Shown: positions 12,901-24,204 of the stretch, piece after piece
Numbering within the stretch: position 1 is the stretch's first letter
Layout: every line of letters begins with the position of its first letter
Origin: Azolla caroliniana
Lineage: Eukaryota > Plantae > Polypodiophyta
Assembly (NCBI GenBank): GCA_043228905.1
Contig: JBHGNT010000009.1
Span: forward strand, 11,966,001 to 12,030,000
DNA length: 64,000 bases
Direction of reading: 5' to 3'
Translations under genes and position numbers: made by a program
The notes under the pieces: generated by a model
What the model was told of the DNA's origin: nothing
The model's database searches: none
Seen by the model: the letters and a program-made list of their open reading frames with translations, nothing else

Positions 12901-13478
12901 GATCGTTTGGAGCAGTTACGCAAGATACAAGCGGATTTATCTACTCCTCTCCAACAAGCTCAACAAACACACAAGGTCTACGCGGATCGTCATCAACTTC
13001 CATCCAGTTTTAATATTGGAGATCGGGTGTGGCTGCTACGACGACACATCAAAGACTACTCGTCCATGTGAGAAGTTAGAGTATCGGCGATTAGGTCCTT
13101 TCCGTATTATTGGACAGATTAATGATGTTGCTTTTCGTCTCGATCTACCTCCTCAACTTCGGATACATCCGGTGTTTTATAGTTCTATCCTCGAACCCTA
13201 CCACGAGAGCACCATCCCAGGACGTCTTATCCAACCTCCACCCCCGATCGAGCTTGAAGATGGGCCGGAGTACAAGGTTGTCGCCATCCTTGATTCCAAG
13301 CTTGTTCGCAACAAGCTCTACTATCTAGTTGATTGGCTAGGCTATAGCCCCCAGTGAACGTACTTGGGAACCGATCGAGAATGTGACCAATGCTCGTGCT
13401 CTTCTTGAAGACTTCCATCATCAATATCCACACAAACCAGGTCCTCAATCCAAGACGACTCGTGACACTCGTCGTTTT
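9935..13478 (+). pseudogene. pol: pol (PR-RT-RH-INT-chromodomain), disrupted
   Basis: ORFs 9992-10735, 10820-11683, 11899-12866 and 12737-13357. Confidence 0.92.
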
Positions 13479-13499
13479 AAAGGGGGGATAGTGTCATGA

Positions 13500-13567
13500 T
13501 ATGGCAAGACTCGAACCCATGACCTTAGGTTATATGGGTCGAGCTCTTGACCATTAGATCATCTATT
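13500..13567 (-). other. tRNA-like A/B-box cassette in the 3' LTR of family A
   Basis: Minus strand reads TGATCTAATGG...GGTTCGAGTC. Confidence 0.7.
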
Positions 13568-13927
13568 GTAATACGTAGGATATTATTTTCATTTACATTT
13601 TATTATAGGAAATTAGTGTATATTCCAGATTTCTTTGGAACATTCTAGAAGCTTCAGGATTACTCCTGAAAACACTATAAAAGAGGGCACTAGGCATTAT
13701 GTTGAACCAAATTGGTTCAACGCCAGTCTTAAGCCTTTTAGCCACCATTGTATATTCTCTTCATATAATACATATCTTTCTTATCATCACTCTCTCTCTC
13801 TCTCGATCTCTCTCTTTCTCTCTGTCTCGCTCACTTCTTCCTTCTCTCGAAGAAGTTCCACACCTCTCATAGTACTAATCCTTCATTTAGTACTAATTCC
13901 TTCTCTGTCTCAGTACTATTCATGACA

Positions 13928-15503
13928 CTCTTCATGGCTCGTCATGTGGTTGGACACTCCGGAATCAACGTACCATACTTCCTCCAATCTAGAAGTAGTC
14001 TTCTTCATCGAGTTAGCCTTGTGCTCCATCGCGAAGGATGGCCCTTTACCGGTTTTCCCGGTTCCATAGCCTTCCGATCTTTCCCGATTTTGCCTGATCC
14101 GGATTTGTCTGAATCGGCACGCTTCTTCCAGCACTCGCTTTCCCTGTGGCCCTTTTTCCCATAATACTAGCATTCCGTGTCAACCTTTCCATGCCGGTTC
14201 CCGGTGCCGCTTTGACTCCCCCTACTTGTGGAGGGTCCGGAATTGCCTCCGGTCCTGCTCTTGTCGGCCGCCTCCATTGTGTGCGGACCCACCTTGTCCA
14301 CCACATCCATGGGGCCGATCTGTCTCCATGTACAACATCCAGTCGTCTGATTGAGTGGTCCTTGACCCACTCTTGTGGTTTTCTTCGACCATCAACATTG
14401 ATTGTAAGTCGAAGAAGGATGGTGGTTTCTCCTGGGTGCAGATCACTGTCCAGAGTGGCCCGTACCTTTGCGCTAGACCACCAAGGCAGATTTGTACAAT
14501 CTCATCTTCGTCCACTGTCACGTTGATGGACCGGAGTGCGTCACAAATCTCCTTTATCTTGGTGGTGCAGTCCGTAATCGATGTGTCTCTTTGCCGGATG
14601 TTTTTCAGCTCTTGCTAGAGCTGCAACTTACGGGTTGTGGTACTTGTGGCGAAAATCTTCCGTAGATTTCCCCAGACCTCCTTCGTCGTCTTTGCATCCT
14701 TGATGTAGCTGAGCATCTGATCATGCACACTAGACGCGAGATAGTACAGTAACTGACTCGCTCCTTGCTCCCATATCAGGAAGTCTTTGTGTGACGGCTC
14801 CGGTGCTACTTCATTTGTTCCTTCCACGAAGCTCCAATATCCATGCCCCAGCAAGTACTGGTGCATTTTATATGACGAGGACACATAGTTGCTCCGATCA
14901 AGCTTCTTTGTTGGAAGTGAACTTGCCATTCCTCTGTCCATATCTTCTCTCTATCTATTGTTACGGGGTTCTAGGGTTCATCTCTGGAAGCAAGTGTCGG
15001 CTGCAGAGGTTCTCAACCCTCGCGCTCTAATACCATGTAAATGTTAATTTGCGGAAGCATCAAATATAACCAGATCAGCCGGATAGCAATAGAAAATTAG
15101 ATGAAGGTTTTAATGGAGAAGTTTAACACAGAGAGTATATATGGGAGAGACAGAGAGAGCAGAACATAAACTCTATTAAAAAATAAATCTAAAAGTCTGT
15201 ACATACAACGTGCTAAACAACACTATTTATACAAGTCGATAAAGGACTAACAAAAGTACTGACATGTACTTCAATGCTCATACATGCGACTGACACTAAC
15301 TACGAGACAATGATTACCTAGTAGTCTAGGCTACTTCTAGGCTTCTGGTTCCCGCTTGAATCCGGCTCTCCGATCCATCTCCCCGATCCAGCCAGTTGCT
15401 TCTAGATACCATCCGGATATCGATCCGGCTCATCCTTCTAGATGCCGATCCAGCTCAAGCTTATTCAGCCGATCTGGATCCGGTTGAGCTTGCTCGCTCA
15501 ACA
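13928..15503 (-). mobile_element. gag: Ty1/copia B, 5' part: 5' LTR (15036-15503), PBS tRNA-iMet (15024-15035), gag and PR up to MTSHEE
   Basis: PBS TGGTATTAGAGC. Gag MDRGMASSLP...YKMHQYL. Protease WYVDSGVSNHM. Confidence 0.92.
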
Positions 15504-15587
15504 GGGACATAGAAATAAATCAACATTTCTTTGTTCAAGAGACGTCCTCGCACCCGGTCATCTTGGGTGAACCATACATCACGGCGG

Positions 15588-16414
15588 TGTCGTAGTGTAT
15601 TTCGTACACTACGTGAAAAAGTAAAAATAATATAACCGATTTAATTACATATAAATAAATAAAATAAGAATATCAAGATATTTATCACCAATAAATAAAA
15701 TAAGAATATCAAGATATTTATCACGTGCATAAGGCAAGATTCGAACCTTGTACCTCCACGTAGCCAAATATCAACTTTACCATTATGCTACCTTATCTTT
15801 AGTGTTCTACAAATAGATTTAATAACTATAAGTCCTTTATTTGCACCTACCTTTATTAAAAGGTAAATCGTGCATTTTTAGAGTGTGTGAATATTTTATA
15901 GAAAAAAACGCAAGCAACTAAAAAGTGACTCGTACACATCTAGCGTGCATGAGCACTATATTTAGCAAATAAAAGCAAGGATTAGAAAAGCATCACATGC
16001 ATATTTAGTGTGCATGAACATATTAGAAAAAAAGCATGTAGCTATGCTTAGTCTCTCCCATCACTACATAAGGATGGGGAGCACAATGTAATAGGTGTGT
16101 GAAATATTTGGAAATTGGATATATTTCCGAAAACACTAACCGATTAATATAATCGTGGGATTCACAAAAATAATATAATCTATACTTGTGGGATTCACAA
16201 GTTTCTTATATTTCTCTTTCAACGGAAGTTTATATTCTTATATTCATATTGATTAATCTAATACAATACACTCGTGGGATTCACGAGTTTGCTATAACTC
16301 TTTCTTACAACATATTTATATTCTTATTAGCCTTAAAACTCTCCTCTTCCTAGTCCAAAACCCCAGCGGTTCCCACCCGACTCACGCAACGATCCGGAGC
16401 CGAAAGGCTCGACA
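15588..16414 (+). mobile_element. Solo LTR (family J/L) inserted in the B1 protease
   Basis: TGTCGTAG...CTCGACA with a 4-bp TSD GCGG (15584-15587 and 16415-16418); homologous to 51124-51836 and 59923-60637. Confidence 0.92.
15729..15796 (-). other. tRNA-like cassette in the J LTR
   Basis: Terminal stem ATAAGG/CCTTAT, A box TAGCATAATGG, T-arm CAAG-GTTCGAAT-CTTG. Confidence 0.75.
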
Positions 16415-16560
16415 GCGGCTCGCATGGAGACAAAGGTGCTAGACAACGGGTCGGCATATGTGAGGGTCAAGAGCCAAGATGGGAAGCATTCAGTTCAATT
16501 CCTTACAGTGAGGCCCAACCATGAGCGCAATCGAGCCTCCCTCACAGGGGAGATCCGAGA

Positions 16561-16603
16561 GGATTTTTTATGCGGGCTATTAAAGAGTGGGGCCTCAATA
16601 GCC
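16561..16603 (+). promoter_or_regulatory. Putative -1 frameshift signal between the gag-PR ORF and the RT-RH-INT ORF
   Basis: G_GAT_TTT followed by stem GGCTATT/AATAGCC. The same site is in element H (43489-43533, minus strand). Confidence 0.7.
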
Positions 16604-19462
16604 TGAGACAAAGTAAGACCCTAAACCCTTGCAAAACTATTAAATGTAATAGGAAACTATTTTGGTTCTCCGAAAATGGAGCTTGTAAAATTACTAGTTT
16701 AAGTGATAGAGATAAGCCTAGGGCCAAGAGATACGAAAGGTATCTCAAACAATGTAATTTATTGGGGGAAAATGACACCATAAGCGGCACCATGGAGGCG
16801 GTCTCGTTCGACGACACTCTTGGAGAGATGGAGAGGATAGTCGCTTCAGGCCTCAATGAAGACTAGGTAATTCTAGTCAACTCAGTTAACATGTACACCG
16901 CCATCGAAGAGCTTGGGCGGTTGATCGAGGAAGCGAGGACAGTCAAGGTGCAAACAAAGTACAAGACCTTGGACAAGAAGGTGAAGCTTGTGGCTACCCC
17001 ATTGCCTAACGATATTTGGAATCGGATAAAGGGGGTAGCGACCAAGCCTAGCTTGTGGGACCACCCACGAGCCATAGGGCACCGGTTTACTGACTAGATG
17101 CAACAAAAGCATGATCGAAATCCATGGAAGTGCTTTCGCCTTGTTGTTGGTTGAGACAGGGTGCGTAAACCCTGAGATTGTGGAGCCAATGGTGATCTTT
17201 ACGGTACCGCATGTACCGTGGAACATCAAACAAATCCCGGTTCCGAGAGCTCACATCCTGAAGTTGATTGAGCCATCAAGCGCCCCATACTCGAATCGGT
17301 GGTTTACGGTGCCAAAGAATAACAACAGCTTACGCTTCATCCAGGATCTACAACTTGTTAACCAAGTGACAATTCGAAATGTAGGGGTCGGGCCGAGTGT
17401 TGACGAATTCGTCGAGGCCTTCGCTGGACGGTCTATTTATTTGATCAATAAGATCTATACTTGGGGTATGATCAAATCCAACTAGTTGTGGAGAGTAGGG
17501 ACATCATGACGATGCGGAACCCTATTGGCCTAGTGCGAATGTGTACCTTGCCACAAGGAGGCACTAAGTCTGTAGCCCACATGGTAAATGCAATGAACAA
17601 GGTATTGAGAGATTGCATCCCCGACATCACCATGCCATTCCACGATGACATCCCCATAAAAGGGTGCTCTGAATGGGAGAAAGATGAAACCTTGGACGAG
17701 GATGGGTGCAAATGTTCTATGGCAGATCACATCTCTGATTGTGAGAAGGTTCTACAAAGACTCGAAGATGCACCCTTGACCTTCTCAGGTGAGAATTCGG
17801 CATTCGGCCAACCGGAGATTCTTGTGGTGGGACACTTGTGCAGGGCATACGGACAGAAGCCATCCCCGGAAAAAGTGGACGCCATCACAGACATGAGGGA
17901 AGAATGTAAATCGCAAATAGAGGTAAGGCAATTTCTTGGTGCTTGTGCATTCTATCACATCTGGATCCCGCACTACACTCACCTAGCCGAGCCCTTGTAT
18001 GGGCTACTCAAGAAGGGGCAGAAGTTCAAGTGGGAGGAAGAGCACACAAAGGCAATGAAGAGGCTCAAAGGAATGTTGGTAGTGGCACCAACTTTACAAA
18101 AAGCCGTATACAAGGAAGGGGTGCCCATCTATGTGACAGTAGATACGAGTTCAACAGGGATCGGATGGGTGATCTGGTGCACGCTACGTCATCCGGTTCA
18201 GAGCCAAGGTCTTAATCGAGTGATAACAAGGATACGCCCAAGTAAAATGTGAGCTTTGGGGTATTGTGTCCACAATGAAGGTGGATAAAGATTACCTAAT
18301 CGGGTCAGAGGTGGTAATAGAGACGGATTGCCTTCCAATCGTAGGGATGGTTTCGGGATGTGCAAGACCTGACTTAGCTATGCTAAGATGGATTGCTTAC
18401 ATCAAATCAATGAACCCGGAGATTCGCCACATTTCAGGGAAGAACAATGCCATGGCAGATATGCTATCGAGGGTAAGATTTGAGGGCAAAAGCGACATGG
18501 TGTTTGAAGATGAGGATGTTGCTCTTGACTTCCTTAAGACGGCCCAATTGTCTATAGATGATCAAGATGTGCGAGTACTCCAGGCATTCAACGAAAGTGA
18601 ATATGAAAGGGAGTGGCTACAGATTGGCAAGTTCTAAAGCGCAATGACGGTGGATAGTTCATGGTCGAAGGAGGAAGCACAGAGAGTCCAAAAGAAAGCG
18701 TACAAGTACTTCCTATGAAGGGGATTCCTCTGGAGGCACCCGAAGAGAAGGACAGGGACGCCACAAGAGTGGTCATAAAGGAATAGGACCAGACAACATT
18801 GGTGTCTGAGTTCCATGAGATTCCTTGGGTGGGCCATAGAGGACTGTGGGCAACATTCGAGAAGTTAAAGGAGAAGTATTGGTGGCCAGGAATGTACAAG
18901 GATATCGCCCATTTTGTGCGGACATGTGAAAGCTGCCATATACACTCAAACATACGCCATAGGGACGAGTTGCACCCCCGGCCTACCCACTCACCATACA
19001 CTTCAAATGGATGGTGGATTTGGTTTCAATGCCGATGGGAGTGGGCCAAATGAAATATTTGGTGCTTGCAAGAGAAGACCTAACAAACCAGGTAGAAGGG
19101 CGAGCTTTAGCAAACAAAACGACGGTGGGGGTGTGTAAATTCTTACTTGAGGATGTCATCTGCCGGTACAGATGCGTGGGAAAGATAGTGACTGACAGAG
19201 GAGAGTTGAACGCTCACGAAGCTAGAGAGCTCTTTGAACGACTTGGAGTGAAACTCTCTCTCACAACTGTTTATAACCCGGAGGCTAATGGAAAGATAGA
19301 GCACGGACACGAGCCTATTGTAAAAGCCATTGTAAGAGCTTGCGATGGGTGAGTTGGGAATTGGCCTCGGTTACTACCTTATGCCTTGTGGGCCGACAGA
19401 ACAACTCACAGCTCAGTTACAGGTTTCATGCCCGCTGAACTCATGTACGGACAAAAGTCGAT

Positions 19463-19995
19463 GATGACCATTGAAGAAACGATCGCGTCATGGGTAGCGA
19501 TACCGTGGGAAAACAAGATGAGTCAAGAAGAGCTTCTAGCAACAAGGATAAGGCAACTTGAGAGAAGACCTGAAGACTTGGAGTTGGCAAAGGAGAGGTT
19601 AGAAGCAGTTAGGCTAAGTAACAAAGCCCAGTTTGACAAGACACACCGACTACGCCCTCAAAAGATCGAAGAAGGAGACTGAGTGATTGTGTATGATAGG
19701 CTAAGTTTGACAAGACACACCGACTACGCCCTCAAAAGATCGAAGAAGGAGACTGAGTGATGACCATTGAAGAAACGATCGCGTCATGGGTAGCGATACC
19801 GTGGGAAAACAAGATGAGTCAAGAAGAGCTTCTAGCAACAAGGATAAGGAAACTTGAGAGAAGACCTGAAGACTTGGAGTTGGCAAAGGAGAGGTTAGAA
19901 GCAGTTAGGCTAAGTAACAAAGCCCAGTTTGACAAGACACACCGACTACGCCCTCAAAAGATCGAAGAAGGAGACTGAGTGATTGTGTATGATAG
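19463..19995 (+). repeat. Local complex duplication inside the B1 integrase (~237 bp x2; a ~52-bp part x3)
   Basis: MTIEETIASW...KIEEGD appears in both ORF 19386-19682 and ORF 19757-19978. Confidence 0.92.
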
Positions 19996-20539
19996 CAATC
20001 TCAACAATCAACATAGCTCGATACGGAAATTTGCAAAGCGATGGTTCGGGCCATATGTGGTAACGAGTGCAAACAATAATGCCACCTACCACCTTGCTGA
20101 ACTCGATGGGACTAAGTAGGTCAAAATCTTCAAAAAGCGACACGAAAAGGAAAAAAAAACCTCGATGACCTTGATGAAGATAAAGGCGAGCAAACAACAA
20201 GCCACGGGGTCAATGAGGAGGAGGATATGAACTATTGACCACCTTTAGCCCGCCATTCTTGGCACATATCGGAGGATGTGCGGTTTGGTGGGGGTGGATG
20301 TCATGATGTGGGGTGCTCGAGAGTGGGAAAAACCAGTGAAAGGGGGGGGTCAAAATGTGCATGTGCAATGTGTGTGCACACAAAGGAAATTAATTCTGCA
20401 CATGCAAAAGAAAAGGGAAAAGAAAGGGTGGAAAGGAGGTATAGAAGCTCATGTAAAAATTAAGAGAGAGGAGAGATAAAAAGTATAGGGGAGACAAGCT
20501 ATGAATTTGTAGATATAGTATTATATATTATGTAAGAGA

Positions 20540-20605
20540 GAGCTAATGGACTAGTGGATAGTCACATTGTCTTCTAGCTCAAGGTGCACGGTTCAAATTA
20601 GGTCT
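20540..20605 (+). other. tRNA-like cassette in the B1 LTR
   Basis: D-arm GACTA-GTGGA-TAGTC with A box TGGACTAGTGG; B box GGTTCAAAT; ~80 nt upstream of CCTATAAAAG. Confidence 0.65.
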
Positions 20606-20901
20606 TACAATGCAACGTGATTTAAGGAATTTTATTCCTTTTTCATTCAAGAAAAAATTGGCGACCCCCCTTCTTTTTTTCCTATAAAAGGAGGTCAAGG
20701 GGGCCTCATTTGGGAGGATGTTTTGGGGCGAGCAGACTATCGCCATTTTTCCTTCGGAGCTCTTCATCTTCTTCTTCACCACTTCTCTTCATCTCTTACC
20801 CCTTCATCCCCTCATCACCACGTGCTCGTCTTCTTCGTGTTGGCACTCGAAGTGCTCGTTTACGGTGCTCGTGAACCCGAGCTTTGTTGGTTCGACGTTG
20901 C

Positions 20902-21618
20902 TTGTGTGTTTGTGTCTTCCTTGTACGTTCGGTCGTCTTGTGACAAGGGAGCATTTCCGGCATGCCCATGCACCTCTCCTCCTCATAAAGGCGTACAATC
21001 ATTTTGTGCGTGTGTTTGTGTCTTCCTTACATGTTCGGCTGTCTTGTGACGAGAGAGCGTTTCGGGCGTGCCCATGCACCTCTCCTCCTTATAAAGGCGT
21101 ATGAACATTTGTGCATGTGTTTGTGTCTTCCTTGTACGTTCGGTTGTCTTGTGATGAGGGAGCGTTTCAGGCGTGCCCAAGCACCTCTCCTCCTCATAAA
21201 GGCGTACGAGCATTTTGTGCGTGTGTTGGTGTCTTCCTTGTACGTTCGGCCGTCTTGTGGCAAGGGAGCGTTTCGGGCGTGCCCATGCACCTCTCCTCCT
21301 CGTAAAGGCGTACGAGCATTTTGTGTGTATGTTTGTGTCTTCCTTGTACATTTGGCCGTCTTGTGACAAGGGAGCGTTTCGAGCGTGCCCATGCACCTCT
21401 CCTCCTCATAAAGACATACGAGCATTTGTGCGTGTGTTTGTGTCTTCCTTGTACATTTGGCCGTCTTGTGACGAGGGAGCGTTCGGGCTTGCCCATGCAC
21501 CTCTCCTCCTCATAAAGGCATACGAGCACTTGTGCATGTATTTTGTGTTTTCCTTGTACGTTCGGCCGTCTTGTGACAAGGGAGTGTTCGGGCATGCCCA
21601 TGCACCTCTCCTCCTCAT
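20902..21618 (+). repeat. Tandem array of ~7 copies of a ~105-bp unit inside the B1 LTR
   Basis: CACCTCTCCTCCT recurs at about 20971, 21077, 21182, 21288, 21394, 21498 and 21603. Confidence 0.93.
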
Positions 21619-22633
21619 GAGAAGTCGTCAATGAAGGCCACGTAGTATTGACATTTGCCGAATGTAATCATTTGAGCCGGTCCCCATACATCGGAATGAA
21701 TTACGTCGAGTATGCCTTTGCTCACATTCCTCCTTCCGAAACGGGTGCTGATGTTGCGTGTTGAATTGGCATGATGTACATACGCCTTCAATCTCTTTCT
21801 CTTTGAAGATCGGGAGTCTGATGATGACTCCTTTTGATTGCATGGCCTTGAACTTTTCGAGGTTGATGTGGTGAATTTGCTTGTGCCACAACCCTATGTC
21901 GGTGTCGGCTTTGGTACCTTTTGCATACATAGTCGATTTCTTCTTGTGCGAGTCGAGAATGAACATTCGGCCCTCTCTCTGTCCGTGAGAGATGAGTCGA
22001 CCCTCTTTCTCGATGAAGCAACCGCCTTGATTAAATCGAACTTGCATCCCTTGCTCAACAATTTGGCCTTGATGGGATGTCATATGGTTTGAGGCACTGG
22101 AGTTGACGAACCATACATCTTCCGGACCGGAGGCGCTAGTCAAAGTAGAGGCCGACATAGAATTTTCTCAATGTCTCATCACGAACATTCCACCATGGTC
22201 ATCATAGTCGGAATTTGTGGCATAGTTGGTTAGTTGTCGGCTTGTGGAAGCCAACTCATGCTTCTTCTTTTGGTAGTCTTCTTTGTGGTGACTGATTTTT
22301 CCCCTATATCCACATTCGACCAAGTTTTGTCGGCCTGGACTAGAATGGAAGCTCCCCCTTCTTCTGAAGGTTCCTAGATGGTTTCCATCTTGTTGCCGAA
22401 ATTGCGAGTTGTTTTCGTAAGTTGGGCCTCGTCCGCCTCGTCCTTGGCTGAATCGGCCTCTTCTTGGATGGCCACGTCTTCTTCCTTCGTCTGAGTGTAT
22501 GTATGGCATGTAGCCTTCCGAGGCGTTGCTCCATGCCTAAACGTGGTTTTCTTTGACCAACAACATGGATTGAAGATCGAAGAAAGAGGGAGGATTCTCC
22601 CGAATTGTGGTCCAAGGCCGCCGAGGCATATCT

Positions 22634-23356
22634 TGTCAGGAACTGCACGCTCCCTATGCGCAACGCTCGGCCACAACCGAGCTTAGAATCATACACAGAA
22701 AACGGAAAACGAAAGACACACGACACAAAGGAGAGAAGAGTACACAGGATGTTTAACGTGGAAAACCCTGAGAGGGAAAAACCATGGGAGTCCACAGACT
22801 CCAAACTATCACTATATTACAATGATTACAACAGTGAGGTCACGGAGGCAACGACCTCGCGCTCACGACCTTCGCCATAGGCGGCGGTTATAGCAGAGGC
22901 AACGACCTCTTCCTCTCTCTCACTCTCTGTACACTGTTACAAGCTCTCTCTTCTTGCACCAACAAGAATGACAACAACGCTATCAAAAGTTTGCCCTGAG
23001 TCATATTTATACTAATATGAATTTTCGGCTATTTACAAATATAGCCACGATGGACTCTCAGAAACATATTTACGAATATGTCTCTTCATTCGGAGAGCGC
23101 TCCTCACCGGGCCTACATCATCCAAATCTTGTCGGGCACTCGTCATCCGGTTCTCACCGGGTCTGCACCATCCGGCTCTCCGTAGCCGGGTACTCCTCAT
23201 CCGGTTCTCACCGGGTTTGCGCTATCCGGCTCTCCGTAGCTGGGTACTCCTCATCCGGTTCTCATCGGGTCTACGCTATCCGGCTCTCTGTAACCGGGTA
23301 CTCCTCATCAGCATTGTTCTTCTCCCTTCCCATCCGGAGGGGCTTGTTTCCTAACA
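22634..23356 (-). mobile_element. Solo LTR (family S) with internal 54-bp CCGG-rich tandem repeats
   Basis: TG...CA termini and 5-bp TSD TATCT (22629-22633 and 23357-23361). Confidence 0.92.
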
Positions 23357-23476
23357 TATCTGCACCATTTCGTCATCCTCCATGTTGACGCTTATCAAAC
23401 CGAGTACATCACAAAGCTCCTTGATCTTCAAGGTGTAGCTTGTGCTGGACATATCCCTTTGTTGGATGTTCAACTC

Positions 23477-24204
23477 TGTTGGGAGACAGGTCCCTCCGAA
23501 TGGGAAGGGAGAAGAACGGTGCCGATGAACAAACTCGGACTCGGCCGAAACCGTATGAGGTGGACCCGGCTACGGAGAGCCGGATGGTGCAGACCCGGTA
23601 TGAACCAGATGAGGAGTACCCGGCTACGGAGGGCCGGATGGTGCAGACCCAGTATGAACCGAATGAGGAGTACCTGGCTACGGAGAGCCGGATGATGCAG
23701 ACCCGGTGAAGACCGGATGAGGAGTACCCGACTACGGAGAACCGGATGAAGAGACATATTCGTAAATATGTTTTCTGATAGTCCATCGAGGCTATATTTG
23801 TAAATAGCCGAAAAGTCATATTAGTATAAATATGACTTAGGGCAAACTAAGATGTTGTTGTTGTCATTTTTCTTGTTGGTGCAAGAAGAAGAGTGAGTAC
23901 GTAACGTTGTACAGAGAGAGAGAGAGAGAAAGAGGTCATTGCCTCTGTTGTAACCGCCGCCTGTGGCGAAGATCGTGAGTCCGAGGTCGTTGCCTCCGTG
24001 AACTCACTGTTTTGTACATTCTTACATAGCGACAGTTTGCAGCCTGTGGGCTGCCGTGGTTTTCCCCTAGTTTGGGGTTTTCCACGTAAACCTCTTGTGT
24101 ATTTTCTTCTTCTTTGTGTCGCGTCTTATTTCCCGTTTTCTGTGTATCATTCTAAGCACGGTTGTGGCCGAGCGTTGCGCATAAGGAATGACCAGTTCCC
24201 GTCA
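23477..24204 (+). mobile_element. Solo LTR (family S), opposite orientation
   Basis: TGTTGG...GTCA with 5-bp TSD AACTC (23472-23476 and 24205-24209); reverse-complement homolog of 22634-23356. Confidence 0.92.

Larger units (their letters stand above)
8292..13927 (+). mobile_element. Near-complete decayed Tcn1-like chromovirus: 5'-truncated LTR (8292-8722), gag, PR, RT, RH, INT, chromodomain, PPT and 3' LTR (13492-13927)
   Basis: Gypsy domain order. INT H2C2 (GHFG...CDTC), GPF/GPY module, chromodomain EYKVVAILD...YLVDWLGY...TWEP. PPT AAGGGGGGATAG. LTR TGTCATGA...TCATGACA followed by CTCTT. Confidence 0.95.
15504..21618 (+). mobile_element. pol: Phygy-like non-chromoviral Ty3/gypsy B1: end of PR, RT, RH, INT, PPT and truncated 3' LTR (20299-21618)
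   Basis: HPVILGEPY, LPQGG, MPFHDD, VTVDTS, ETDC, HRG...CESC and NPEANG motifs. PPT-like GGTGGGGGTGGA followed by TGTCATG at 20299. Confidence 0.9.

Noticed and set aside
20902-21618. Possible CRISPR array, and the many ORFs across it
   Set aside because: The whole ~105-bp unit repeats with no unique spacers, there are no cas genes, and the context is a eukaryotic LTR. The ORFs are a by-product of the repeat.
23017-23819. ORFs with 18-aa repeats as repeat proteins
   Set aside because: They are translations of the 54-bp LTR repeat.
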